Assembly (NCBI GenBank): GCA_030652805.1
Contig: JAUSPT010000024.1
Coordinates: 3,841-67,840 of the forward strand
Source: a bacterium
GTDB lineage: Bacteria; JAHJDO01
Direction of reading: 5' to 3'
Length of the DNA: 64,000 bases
The position numbers were made by a program, and so were the translations under genes. The notes under the pieces are model-generated. The model did no database searches. It had not been told where the DNA came from and worked only from the letters and a program-made list of their open reading frames with translations. Of the stretch, positions 19,889 through 30,325 are shown piece by piece. Numbering within the stretch: position 1 is the first letter of the stretch; each line of letters begins with the position of its first letter.

Positions 19889-21015
19889 ACATCCCCCTTC
19901 GTTATTTCTTGTAGTTTATTGTAAACCGCTTTGCATACTTCCTCAACAGTTATTGCATCCATACAATAGTGTTTATCCTGCTTGCAAACAGGTTTCTTGC
20001 AGCCCAGACAAAAGGCGTCTTCTTTCTGTATGACTATATGCTCCTCTCCGTATGGCCGCCATATTCTGGGATCACCCGGTCCAAATAAGGCAATAACAGG
20101 TGTGTTAACTGCAGAAGCTATATGAGTTGCGCAGGTGTCAACACTTACAAGCAGATCTGCCCTTCTCAGAACCTCTGCATATTGACCAAGGTTCATTCCG
20201 CAATTTGAGGCTATCGGCTTAGCGTGCATATTGTTCTCTATTTCTTTTATTAAATCAGCATCATCAGGTCCTCCTGATATGCAGACTTTTGCTTTAAGTT
20301 TTTCTATTATAAAATCCCCAACTTGCGCAAATCTATCTGCTTGCCACTGATAAGATGTATTGCTTCCGGGATGTATGCATACAAGAGTATCTGTTTGCGC
20401 TACATTGTGCTCTTTTAGAAAACTTTCACACCTTTTTTGACTTTCATGTGATTCTCTAATATAGGGGCGCTGCTCTTTAAGAGGGAATCCTGCCTTTTCT
20501 ATGAGTTTTAACCAGCTATCTACTTCATGAGATACTTTTATTGAGTCCGAGTATTCCCACATAGGTTTATTCCAGTAAAGAGGCGCTTTTACCTTGTCTG
20601 TCAATAAGAATCCTCTGCAGCGATAGTTATAGCCTATACGCCTCTTTGAATTAGCCCAAAATGCTATAAGATTGCTGGTAAGCCTTGTATCCAGAACTAT
20701 TGCAAGGTCATAGATATGAGCAGGTAAAGTCTTAGAAAACTTCCATATTAGAAATGGATTTCTCCCATTTTTTTTACAGTCAAAATAAACAATATTATCA
20801 GCAAGCTCCTGATCTTCAACAATTGATTTGAGATTAGGGGAAACAGCCAAAGTTATATGCGCCTCAGGTAAATTTTCCCTAACTGCTCTTATTGCAGGGA
20901 ATGTTACAACTGTATCCCCTATGCGCAAGAGGTCCACTATTAAAACATTCTTAAACTCTGAGATATCCATAATTAATTTATAATAGCAAATATTCCACAA
21001 GATATCCATTGTCAT
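19885..21015 (-). CDS. Glycosyltransferase family 9 (ADP-heptose:LPS heptosyltransferase-like)
   Basis: GT9 architecture: VLIVDLLRIGDTV near the N-terminus and a C-terminal GPGDP...VSVDTCATHIA..NTPVIALFGP block. 376 aa. Confidence 0.75.
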   Translation of the reverse strand: MTMDILWNICYYKLIMDISEFKNVLIVDLLRIGDTVVTFPAIRAVRENLPEAHITLAVSPNLKSIVEDQELADNIVYFDCKKNGRNPFLIWKFSKTLPAHIYDLAIVLDTRLTSNLIAFWANSKRRIGYNYRCRGFLLTDKVKAPLYWNKPMWEYSDSIKVSHEVDSWLKLIEKAGFPLKEQRPYIRESHESQKRCESFLKEHNVAQTDTLVCIHPGSNTSYQWQADRFAQVGDFIIEKLKAKVCISGGPDDADLIKEIENNMHAKPIASNCGMNLGQYAEVLRRADLLVSVDTCATHIASAVNTPVIALFGPGDPRIWRPYGEEHIVIQKEDAFCLGCKKPVCKQDKHYCMDAITVEEVCKAVYNKLQEITKGDV

Positions 21016-21156
21016 GATAGTAGCTTTTTGATATAAGAAGTTACTCTAATAAGACGGGTAACTGACCAGAATTAGATGTATCTAAAAATAGTCTCGACCA
21101 ATTTAAGATATATAGTAAGCTAGAAGATGAACACCTAAAATTAAGGAGTTGCTTAA

Positions 21157-22572
21157 ATGAAATCTCTTATTGCAGAAGGTTATAAGATTTACCACGAATC
21201 TAAGATAGAGAAAGATGGGAAAATCTATTTTCTCGTCAGTAAAGATATCAAGAAATATCTGATTTCAAATGATACGAAATTTGAGAAGTCTGTAGAAAAG
21301 GTATCTACATATAGTGTCTATGAAAAAACTCACCTCAATGCTCTTAGATTATGCAATTTATTTAAACATCTAAAACCCGCTGCTTGCGGAATTAAAAGAA
21401 GTTTTGGTTTTGGAGACAGATTGGGATTAGCTACTCCGGGCCATATTAAGACCATTAAAGGCAGGGATATATTTCCGATTCTTTCCCAGCAGTCTATACG
21501 AGAAATGGAACGCACAGGTCGCAGTATGGAAATTGTCTTGGATGATGCTATGTGGGGAGTTTTTCAGGAAGGATACAGGAAAGGCTATGGAGCAGATATT
21601 GACCATGTCAAAGAGCAGGATGATGTTATTAAAGCATGTGAACATGGTTATACTATGTACACCATAGACCCTTCAGATTATATTAATGACAACGTAAAGG
21701 ATATGTCTCATGAGGAACTTACATCAACGTATGAAAGCATTCCAAACACAGACTTCTACGAAAAGCTTTATTTAGGAAAGAACTATAAAATAGGTGCAAA
21801 CACATACAAGATGACCAAGACTGAGCTGATGAATATTATTTCTGTCTATGCCAAGGCATTAGAGCATATTGTGAATTGTTATAATATTGTAAAAGAGAGG
21901 ATTTTAAACGGTTTTGATTTTGAGGCATCAGTAGATGAAACTGACACTCCGACCACTCTTTTGGCTCACATATTTATTGTAGAGGAACTCAGGCGAAACG
22001 GAGTCAATTTTACAAGTCTTGCCTTAAGGTTTATCGGGGAATTTGAAAAAGGGATTGATTATATTGGTGACATAGAGATATTTAAAAAAGATTTCTTAGC
22101 TCATGCTGATATATGCCGTCACTTTGGCAGATATAAGTTAAGCATTCATAGCGGCAGTGATAAATTTTCCATTTATCCGACAATCGCAGAATCTACTGAA
22201 GGAGTATTTCACATCAAGACAGCCGGAACAAACTGGCTGGAGGCAGTCCGTCTTATCAGTCATAAGAACCCTGCTCTATACCGGCGCATGCACCAGATCG
22301 CACTTAGTAATTTTGAAAAAGATCGTAAATCTTATCATGTTACCACTGATCTATCCAGAATTCCCGCGCTTAGTAAACTCTCCGATGAGGAGCTTCCCGG
22401 GCTTCTTAATGAAAATAATTCCAGGCAGCTTCTGCATATTACATACGGGAGCATCTTGAAAGATATGAAAGAGGAGATCTATAAGACCTTAAATATTTAC
22501 GAGAATGAGCATTATGAGATGCTTGAAACCCACTTAGGTAAACATCTGGATTATGCAACGAGCAGCTTCTGA
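21157..22572 (+). CDS. TIM-barrel sugar epimerase/isomerase-like protein, possibly of the UxaE (tagaturonate/fructuronate epimerase) family
   Basis: 471 aa, close to UxaE length, with GFGDRLG, HSGSDKF and HIKTAGTNWLEA blocks. The family assignment is from memory of the fold and not verified. Confidence 0.35.
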   Translation: MKSLIAEGYKIYHESKIEKDGKIYFLVSKDIKKYLISNDTKFEKSVEKVSTYSVYEKTHLNALRLCNLFKHLKPAACGIKRSFGFGDRLGLATPGHIKTIKGRDIFPILSQQSIREMERTGRSMEIVLDDAMWGVFQEGYRKGYGADIDHVKEQDDVIKACEHGYTMYTIDPSDYINDNVKDMSHEELTSTYESIPNTDFYEKLYLGKNYKIGANTYKMTKTELMNIISVYAKALEHIVNCYNIVKERILNGFDFEASVDETDTPTTLLAHIFIVEELRRNGVNFTSLALRFIGEFEKGIDYIGDIEIFKKDFLAHADICRHFGRYKLSIHSGSDKFSIYPTIAESTEGVFHIKTAGTNWLEAVRLISHKNPALYRRMHQIALSNFEKDRKSYHVTTDLSRIPALSKLSDEELPGLLNENNSRQLLHITYGSILKDMKEEIYKTLNIYENEHYEMLETHLGKHLDYATSSF

Positions 22573-23672
22573 TACAATAATTCTGTTTGCTGCGCCATTA
22601 TTCGTGCATCATAGTTTGATTTAATAAACTTGCTTGCATTTCTGCCCAGTTCATTTGCAAGACCTTCATTATCAAGAAGTTGTATTACAGCTTTTGCTAA
22701 CGATTCTGCGTCTTTGGAAGGGATTAATAAACCGGTCTTTCCATGTTCTATAATTTCTCTTATCCCATCTACATCCGTTCCTACAACTGGTTTCCCGAGA
22801 TACATTGCCTCAACAAGTACTCTTGGCAGTCCTTCAAACAATGAAGGCTGAACAATTATGTCACACATGAATATAACATTTGCAATGTCTTTTCTGTATC
22901 CAAGAAACCTTACATGTTTATGAATATTTAACTTTCTGCAAATACTCTCAAGATATTCTCTTGTTATGTTATCTTCTCCACATATTAGAAATGCAATATT
23001 TTTGTGTTCCTCTAATACTATTTTGCAAGCTTGAAGAAAATACAGATGTCCTTTTTTACCAATCTCTCTATTTCTAACTCTTGCAATTATACCAACCAGT
23101 TTCTCTCTCTCTTTATGAGTATCTATATCAACATTCAACCTCTCAAAATCAGTTCCATTAATAATATGGATTACTTTGCGTCCAGTTATTTTAATTTCTT
23201 GAAGCAGGTCTTTTTTTGTTGCATCAGAAACAGCGATAATCTTTCCTGATATATGCTTCAGGACAAATTTATAAAACCTGGCATTAAAGTTATTAACTCT
23301 TTCACCTTCCTGATTCATGTTGATACGGTCATGAATCGTCACAATATGTGGGATTCCCTGGATTAGAGATGCGACTGCGCCCAACAGATCCTCTCTTCTA
23401 TTGTGTGTGTGAATAATGTGGATGTTGTTCTCACGGATGATTCTCGTTATATTCTTTAATGAGCGGAAACTGAACTTAGATGTAATTTCATTGTATGCTA
23501 TTTCAAAGCCTTCATTCTTTAATACTGCTCCAAACTCACTATTCTCAGGAACTGCAGTAAGCACGCTGAATTTCTCCTTATCAAGATATTTTATAAGCGC
23601 TCTTATATGCTCCTCATTTCCGCCGAATACTCTTGAGTTTGATACCTGAAGTATGTTTATGCGTTGCTTCAT
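22551..23672 (-). CDS. Glycosyltransferase family 4 (GT4)
   Basis: EGLPRVLVEAMYLGKPVVGTDVDG C-terminal motif. 373 aa. Confidence 0.8.
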   Translation of the reverse strand: MKQRINILQVSNSRVFGGNEEHIRALIKYLDKEKFSVLTAVPENSEFGAVLKNEGFEIAYNEITSKFSFRSLKNITRIIRENNIHIIHTHNRREDLLGAVASLIQGIPHIVTIHDRINMNQEGERVNNFNARFYKFVLKHISGKIIAVSDATKKDLLQEIKITGRKVIHIINGTDFERLNVDIDTHKEREKLVGIIARVRNREIGKKGHLYFLQACKIVLEEHKNIAFLICGEDNITREYLESICRKLNIHKHVRFLGYRKDIANVIFMCDIIVQPSLFEGLPRVLVEAMYLGKPVVGTDVDGIREIIEHGKTGLLIPSKDAESLAKAVIQLLDNEGLANELGRNASKFIKSNYDARIMAQQTELLYQKLLVA

Positions 23673-25849
23673 TCTATTACGATATCATTTTCTGTAAAAT
23701 ATACACTATCTGCCTTTATAAGTTGAGGAAGTTCCCAAACTTGTTTTGCTTTAGCTTTTTTATTGATAAGTCTTATAAGATAATCAGGCAAATAAGTATT
23801 TTCTAAGACGATGTCCTTGATCCGGAATATAAATCTCTTTTCATCTTCTGTTCCAAGCTCACATATCGTCTTGATGTGCAGTTCTTTTATGAATTTTGTC
23901 CTGCCCCCTATAATGACATTATTATCCTCAAAATTAACCTGTTGCGCATATATCTTTTTTAATTTCTTTTTCAGAAATTCCCTGAAACAATCTTTAGATA
24001 TTATTAATTTTGGCTGCTGAGCATTGCCTGATTCCACACTAATAGTAGAATGAAACAGTAGATCATCCATATTAAGTTTGACCTTGCTCCAGTTGAGACG
24101 AATCTTTGCATTTATACCGCGTTTCAACCTTAGATTATCAGTCATTATAACTATCTCATCAAAATAGCCATTTCTGAAATTCCGTGATGGATTTATGCGC
24201 ATGTTTAAATTGACATCAGAAGAGATTCTACTCTTAAATCTATATTCTAATAATTCCTGTATTTTAGATGCATCTAATTCCTTTTTGATATCCTCGATTT
24301 CAATATCTTTTCTCAAAACAACCCTATACACACCAAATTGCTCGTCTCCTCTTTTGTATATTTTATGCGCAGAAGCGGCTTGATACCATGCTGTTTTCCA
24401 ATCCTTCTTCAGCGTATCATTGAGCATGGGTATCATATTCAGGGCATCTTTGTATGCAACGACATAGATGCCGTTATAAAACTTGTCGCGTGTATCTTCC
24501 GCGAATTTTTCAATACCTCCGTACAGGAGTGTTTTCATGCGCCATTCTTTACCATAGCAGTAATACCACATCTCCCATGGAACCTCCCGCGTGAAATAAA
24601 TAATACTATTCGGGAGTACGTTATCCTTTAGATATACAGATACATCACTCATACCATCACTTTTTGAATAAACTGCTCCCATGTCCAATTTCCCGATATT
24701 CTTTGTGGAGCAAAGACCTGATAATATTATTACTAAAATAAAACTTGTTCTTATAAACTTGTTTCTCATTACAGGAGGTTTGATAATATAATTCAGGATT
24801 CTGGCAAGCACTATGATCATAAAAGGGGATATTAGAAGCAGGTATCTGTCATATACTTTGAATTGAAACACAACAAAAAGAAGTATGTGGGTATATACAA
24901 AAAGTGTCAGAATAATATCGGCAATAATCTTAAATTTCCTTCTAAATTTAATATTAAAGAAAAGTCTTATAGAGTTATAAATGAGTAAAGGGATTGACAG
25001 GATAAACAGGATATTTAAGGGTATGGAGTTGAACGTAAGTTTTATATACTGCCACCATTGCCTGATTCGCTCAAGGAAACTTCCAAGATCAAGTGTAAAC
25101 ACGCCGCTCTGGTGTGAATATGCCTTTCCCAGCATCCCGAATCTTGGCCTCTGGCATAGAGCAGACCATGCAAAAACCAGCGCTAGGATAATTAGGCAGC
25201 CATAGATCCACTTAGAATATTTTTTTAGATACGGTTTTATATTAAAAGCGTTGTTGCTCTTCCAAAAAAGCAATATTGAAAAACATATAAATACTGGAAT
25301 AGCCATAACAGCAGGTTGTTTCGTGCCAAGCGCCAGGCCAAAAACAATACCTGATAAAAAGGCTTTATCAATGCATAAAAGATAGAAACTCCACAAAATA
25401 AAAAACGACATAAGCACATCTATAAATACTGTTGGACCAAATACGATATTGTAAGGAGAGACAGCGAGCAGAAATGATGCCCAGAGAGCAGTTTCTCTAT
25501 TAAAAAGTCTTATGCAGATAAGATATATTAAGAATATGCCGGCTATACTTCCCATGAGATTCGGAAGTCTGAGAACATTAACATGATTGCCTAAAACTTT
25601 AACAAATGGAGCTGTTACATAGAAGAAAACAGGAGGTCTGTCCACATCAGTTGAACGAAAGAGCCAGTCGCCTTTTGTTGCAATATCTAAAATATAGGAG
25701 CCGTGCAACCCTTCATCACAATGAAAATCATGAGTTGAAAACACACTCAGCCTGAACGCCACACCAAGCAATATGATTGCAATTAATGGAACATTCCAAT
25801 CCCTATTGTTCCAGACGTCCCTAAGCTTGCTTATGAATTTTGTATTCAT
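23669..25849 (-). CDS. GT-C fold membrane glycosyltransferase (PMT/ArnT-like, GT39/GT83-type N-terminus) with a ~330-aa C-terminal extracytoplasmic domain
   Basis: First extracytoplasmic loop motif HDFHCDEGLHGSYILDIATKGDW...DVDRPPVFFY (DE plus PP(L/V) signature of PMT/ArnT/YkcB). Multiple predicted TM helices. Paralog of the adjacent gene. 726 aa. Confidence 0.7.
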   Translation of the reverse strand: MNTKFISKLRDVWNNRDWNVPLIAIILLGVAFRLSVFSTHDFHCDEGLHGSYILDIATKGDWLFRSTDVDRPPVFFYVTAPFVKVLGNHVNVLRLPNLMGSIAGIFLIYLICIRLFNRETALWASFLLAVSPYNIVFGPTVFIDVLMSFFILWSFYLLCIDKAFLSGIVFGLALGTKQPAVMAIPVFICFSILLFWKSNNAFNIKPYLKKYSKWIYGCLIILALVFAWSALCQRPRFGMLGKAYSHQSGVFTLDLGSFLERIRQWWQYIKLTFNSIPLNILFILSIPLLIYNSIRLFFNIKFRRKFKIIADIILTLFVYTHILLFVVFQFKVYDRYLLLISPFMIIVLARILNYIIKPPVMRNKFIRTSFILVIILSGLCSTKNIGKLDMGAVYSKSDGMSDVSVYLKDNVLPNSIIYFTREVPWEMWYYCYGKEWRMKTLLYGGIEKFAEDTRDKFYNGIYVVAYKDALNMIPMLNDTLKKDWKTAWYQAASAHKIYKRGDEQFGVYRVVLRKDIEIEDIKKELDASKIQELLEYRFKSRISSDVNLNMRINPSRNFRNGYFDEIVIMTDNLRLKRGINAKIRLNWSKVKLNMDDLLFHSTISVESGNAQQPKLIISKDCFREFLKKKLKKIYAQQVNFEDNNVIIGGRTKFIKELHIKTICELGTEDEKRFIFRIKDIVLENTYLPDYLIRLINKKAKAKQVWELPQLIKADSVYFTENDIVIE

Positions 25850-28074
25850 GTCCCAAACACAATCTTTGATTTTTCAATACTAACATGTCTTAGGGGAACT
25901 CCTAGAAATAGGCTCTTTAAATTAAATAAAGGATTTAGTTTTTTTGATATCAAAGGCAGTGACCATGAAGGAATTTTTATATTACCAAGTCTTGCATTTA
26001 CCAGAGTTATCTCTACAGCAGCCCCATCCTTGATATTAAGTGTTCCGCTCATCTGAAAATTAATATCTCTGCCTAATAAATGCGCAGTGCCATCTAATCT
26101 CAGATTTTTTCCGGAACCAGTTAGCTGACAAGCGCTTACCTGCTTATTTGTACTTAAAATATGATTTGTAATATCCTCAATAGAGACCTCTGCATATATA
26201 TTATTGCTCTGCGCAGGTACAAGTTTATGATATAAGAAAAGAGCCTCCGGATTTACGCGGGCATCTTTCCATATAAGCCTTATTAATCCTTTAAATTTCC
26301 TGCCAAGTTTTATTCCAGAGGCAGCGCAGATAATATCTCCCAGCTTTCCTTCGTTTAAATCAAGTTTGTTCCCGGATGCCAATGTTATCTGGAACTCTTT
26401 GGGATTGCGCCACGTTCTTGCAAATATTGATTTCAGATAAGTTTCAAGTTTTTTAGAATTTTTGTATGAATTAATATTTGCAGAAGCAAGGGTTATAGAT
26501 GGTTTGAGATTTACTTTATATAATTTGAAATTTAATTTTTTATGTCCATAAGCATTATAAACATTGCTAATTTCATAATACGTCATTTGGGGATTTTTAG
26601 TGAATGCATCCTGAACTTTCTTAATCTGACCTGTATGTTCAAGCAGTAAATAAACTCCCTCATCTACACGGTCCCATATCTCCTCTGAGAACTTCCCAAT
26701 AGGTATATCGTTGCTGAACTCCACTGGTCTAATCTTAAAGCCTTTATCAAAGAAGTAGTAATGTGCGTTTGGCCATAATGACCTGGTATAATAAATGGTT
26801 GAAGATTTCTCTGCGTTTGCAGAAAAATATTCTACTGCATTTTGAAACCCGTCTTCATTATCCCATCTTGCACCAAGTTTCAGATTCTTCATGCCGTCCA
26901 GTGTTCCTGAAAGAAGATTAATAAGCAAGACAAGTCCCAAACTAAGAGCAAATATTGCTGCCAAAGCAGAGTATTTTGTTTTAGTGAAAAATTGCAAAAG
27001 CAGAGATAGATATCTGGCTAACAATATGAATACGAAAGGGATAATAAATATCAGATAATGAGGAGAGAATCCAAACCTGAACAAGCTGAAAGTTCCAAGC
27101 ATAAGTACGATATATCCAGCCACACATAAGCTTATGATATTCTCAAATCTGTGCTTGTTTTTGAGATTCATAATTTCGTAAGCAATTAATGCAGGAGCAC
27201 TGATAAGAAAGAACACATTCACTACTGAGCTGTTAGTAAACTTTGAAAATAAACTTAGCCAGTGAAAAAGTCTTGATGTAAATTCTCCAGCCATAATTTT
27301 AAAAACTCCACCTGTTGCGTTTACCTGAAATATAATACCAAGCCTTGGATCTTCAAAGAATACTGCCCATATAAGCAGGACTGCAAACACTATAGAGAAC
27401 CCAAAAATAAGTTTCATTAAAGGCTTCTTTATATAAAAACTAAATTCAGAATGCTTTGTTTGCACCCATTTCATATATCTTAATATTATGAAAAATGCTC
27501 CAATAATCGGCATGGCAAGAACGCCGAATTGTTTTGCGCAAAAACACAGGCCAAGAAAAATTCCAGCCCAGAATTCCCTATAGATACACAGAAAATATAT
27601 AGAGAAAAGAAGCAGGCAGGCAAACAGAGTGTCTTCAAAAACCGTTGACCCGTAAAGTATGTTATACGGAGAAATTGCCATAAGAAAGGCGGCTATTAGT
27701 CCGGTGTTTTTATCAAAACATTTGCAGCATATTTGATAAACAAGCCAGATGCTAATCAGGCTTGCAAAGAAATTCGGAAGTCTGGCAGTGTTATCTCCGA
27801 ATCCGAATATTCTGAAAGATAATGCTGCAAGATAAGGAAGTAAAGGGGGCTTATCAACATCTTCAGCTTGAAAGAACCAGTCTCCTCTAAGAGCAATCTC
27901 AGCTCCTCTAAAACTGTATAAGGCTTCATCTCCATGAAAATCTCCTAATCCAAACACACTTATACGCAATAAAGCCCCAAGAATAAGAATTATTATCAGT
28001 AATAAATTTTTATTCTGATTCTGGGAGGTTAGTCCGGTAATTAATCTACGAAACGATATTTCAGAAGAGACCAA
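25846..28074 (-). CDS. GT-C fold membrane glycosyltransferase (PMT/ArnT-like), paralog of 23669-25849
   Basis: Same loop motif, GDFHGDEALYSFRGAEIALRGDWFF...DVDKPPLLPY. Co-linear C-terminal domain (KGLIRLIWKD against NAKIRLNWSK; EDITNHIL against EDIKKELD). 742 aa. Confidence 0.7.
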   Translation of the reverse strand: MVSSEISFRRLITGLTSQNQNKNLLLIIILILGALLRISVFGLGDFHGDEALYSFRGAEIALRGDWFFQAEDVDKPPLLPYLAALSFRIFGFGDNTARLPNFFASLISIWLVYQICCKCFDKNTGLIAAFLMAISPYNILYGSTVFEDTLFACLLLFSIYFLCIYREFWAGIFLGLCFCAKQFGVLAMPIIGAFFIILRYMKWVQTKHSEFSFYIKKPLMKLIFGFSIVFAVLLIWAVFFEDPRLGIIFQVNATGGVFKIMAGEFTSRLFHWLSLFSKFTNSSVVNVFFLISAPALIAYEIMNLKNKHRFENIISLCVAGYIVLMLGTFSLFRFGFSPHYLIFIIPFVFILLARYLSLLLQFFTKTKYSALAAIFALSLGLVLLINLLSGTLDGMKNLKLGARWDNEDGFQNAVEYFSANAEKSSTIYYTRSLWPNAHYYFFDKGFKIRPVEFSNDIPIGKFSEEIWDRVDEGVYLLLEHTGQIKKVQDAFTKNPQMTYYEISNVYNAYGHKKLNFKLYKVNLKPSITLASANINSYKNSKKLETYLKSIFARTWRNPKEFQITLASGNKLDLNEGKLGDIICAASGIKLGRKFKGLIRLIWKDARVNPEALFLYHKLVPAQSNNIYAEVSIEDITNHILSTNKQVSACQLTGSGKNLRLDGTAHLLGRDINFQMSGTLNIKDGAAVEITLVNARLGNIKIPSWSLPLISKKLNPLFNLKSLFLGVPLRHVSIEKSKIVFGT

Positions 28075-28739
28075 ATTGCTATCACTCCATCTTTTTTCTT
28101 TATTTTTTTGCCTTCTTCATATGTGCGAGGATTGTACTTGATCGGCACTTCACAGATTTTATATCCTTTTTTTCTGACTTTTGCAGTGAATTCCGTACAG
28201 AACTCAAATCCAAAACATCTTAAATTAATATTATTCAGCACCTCTTTTCTGAACATTTTGTAGCATGTTAATACATCTGTAACGAATGGGAGGTAAAGAA
28301 TATTTGCTATCAGGCTTACTAATATATTCCCCAGATAATACTGAAAATACATCATCTTGTTTCTGCCCTTGATTCTTGAGCCGTATACAATCACAGCGCC
28401 GTTATTTATCTGTTTTAGTAATTTGCAATATTCCTGCGGAGAATACTCCAGATCAGCATCCTGCACAACTATAATGTCTCCATCAACATATTTAAATCCT
28501 GTTCTAAGCGCAGCTCCCTTACCCTTATGCTGTTTATGGAAGAAAACCCTGAGATTTGCATATTGAGAAACCAGCTCTTTAAGTATTTCACGTGTTCCAT
28601 CAGTGGATACATTGTCCACAATTATAATCTCTTTATTAATGTTTAGCGCATCTACTCTTTTTACGATCTCTCTGATAGTATCCTTTTCATTATAGCATGG
28701 AATAACAACTGATAGCTTCATAGCCTTTGCTCCCTGCAA
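28041..28739 (-). CDS. GT2 polyprenyl-phosphate sugar synthase (Dpm1/ArnC-like glycosyltransferase)
   Basis: KLSVVIPCYNE...VDNVSTDGT...VVQDADLEYSP: GT2 DxD architecture typical of dolichyl/undecaprenyl-phosphate glycosyltransferases. 232 aa (the likely start at MKLSV gives ~226 aa). Confidence 0.8.
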   Translation of the reverse strand: MQGAKAMKLSVVIPCYNEKDTIREIVKRVDALNINKEIIIVDNVSTDGTREILKELVSQYANLRVFFHKQHKGKGAALRTGFKYVDGDIIVVQDADLEYSPQEYCKLLKQINNGAVIVYGSRIKGRNKMMYFQYYLGNILVSLIANILYLPFVTDVLTCYKMFRKEVLNNINLRCFGFEFCTEFTAKVRKKGYKICEVPIKYNPRTYEEGKKIKKKDGVIAIWSLLKYRFVD

Positions 28740-30247
28740 TGTATCTTATACTTCCAGTACGTCCAGGTCAATATGCTGCCCACAATTACTATCGCCATAA
28801 ATATCCAGATATATTTGCCCATAAGGGGTAACACAAATGAACTGTGCCATATTCTTTCTATGACAGTTTTGAAAGGAATATGCTCCCTGAATATATACAA
28901 ATAGTCCCATATATACTGTCCCTCGTATGAGTTACACTGCTTATTATAATATACCAGATTCGCCTTTGTCAGCAAAAAAAGACAGTATGAATATATAGCT
29001 GAGAGACCTACAATGGTTTTGGTTAAACGGATTTTTTTATATCTATTCAGGAATGCGCATAAGCCGAGTCCTAAAAATGGAATTGTGCATGTTAAATATC
29101 TCTGCGCATAGCATCCACCAGCATTATATTCTGTTCTCAGTCCATAAATAAGAGCTATTAATAAGAAATTAACCAGAGCTATTATACCTGCTAAAGATAA
29201 CTTTTTATCTCTATGTTTAATAAGAAATGCAAGCCCGATAAAGGAAAGTGTAAAACACGGGAACCACAGCAAAAAGCCGTGATCAACCGAAAACAAAAGG
29301 TTTATAACAGGCGGAGGTATTTTTAGTATGCTTATCCACCCATAACCGCCGTATCCTGCCTCAAACCATGAGCCAAACTGCGTATGGCACTGATATATGG
29401 AGAGAAAAAACACTACAACCAGAGGAGCTGTATAAATAGCTATATTCTTTATGATTGCTGATATTCTCAATCCTTTATAACAGAGAATAAGCGCAAAAAG
29501 ATATGGTAAGAATAGCAAGCCATTTACATATCTTGTCCATGCGGAAAGGGCAACACAAAGTCCAAGTGCAAATGTTAAGAACGTACTTTTTCCTCCTTTG
29601 GCTATCTTTTTCTGCAATATTATGAACACATAAAAAGACAGCGTGACTAAGAAGGTGCTTCCTGCGTGGCTGAAACCGTTTGTTGCATAATAAAGGAGAG
29701 GGCTTGCAAAAAAGCATACAAGTGTTGTAAACAGGCTGATATCTCTTGGGAAATTTAATTCAATAAGAATCTTAAATAGAATTAACATAGCGAGAATTGC
29801 ATATATGTTGTGAGCAAGGATTACAGACAATATATTCAGGAATTTTCGGGAACTCAGTCCCTTATAAGGTAGTGTGCGTGGGGTATTATTGAAGGAAGGG
29901 GGATTGAATTTAATGAATTTTGCCACAACTTGCGAAACTAAATAAAAAGGCGCGTCAAGAAGAGTCATGCCAAGGGGATAACCAGTTACCCATCTTCCTG
30001 TTTTCTCGCAGTATTGAGTTCCATTCCCATTCCAGCCATACATATTGTTGCCGAGGTCAAGGTCTCTATCTTCAATAATAGATTCAAGATTTGCAAAATG
30101 CCCCCAGCCATCATTTCCACCAAGCCCGTCTTCAAATATGAAACAATGCAGGGCAAGAACAAGTATGAGGAAAACAAGTTCCCACGAAAGGTATTTTCTC
30201 TTACTCATCATTCTTTTTGAAGTATACACAATATAAACTCTTTGCAC
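28718..30247 (-). CDS. Polytopic membrane protein, probable GT-C-type glycosyltransferase
   Basis: About 12 hydrophobic segments and an N-terminal extracytoplasmic loop with acidic/aromatic residues (DGLGGNDGWGHF...YPLGMTLLDAPFY). Context next to the GT2 and GT-C genes. Confidence 0.45.
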   Translation of the reverse strand: MQRVYIVYTSKRMMSKRKYLSWELVFLILVLALHCFIFEDGLGGNDGWGHFANLESIIEDRDLDLGNNMYGWNGNGTQYCEKTGRWVTGYPLGMTLLDAPFYLVSQVVAKFIKFNPPSFNNTPRTLPYKGLSSRKFLNILSVILAHNIYAILAMLILFKILIELNFPRDISLFTTLVCFFASPLLYYATNGFSHAGSTFLVTLSFYVFIILQKKIAKGGKSTFLTFALGLCVALSAWTRYVNGLLFLPYLFALILCYKGLRISAIIKNIAIYTAPLVVVFFLSIYQCHTQFGSWFEAGYGGYGWISILKIPPPVINLLFSVDHGFLLWFPCFTLSFIGLAFLIKHRDKKLSLAGIIALVNFLLIALIYGLRTEYNAGGCYAQRYLTCTIPFLGLGLCAFLNRYKKIRLTKTIVGLSAIYSYCLFLLTKANLVYYNKQCNSYEGQYIWDYLYIFREHIPFKTVIERIWHSSFVLPLMGKYIWIFMAIVIVGSILTWTYWKYKIHCREQRL

Positions 30248-30325
30248 AAACTTGTTTCACGATGTAGAATACATAACTGAATTTTATCATATAAGCAAAA
30301 CTGAAAGATACAGGAGAAATAAAGA

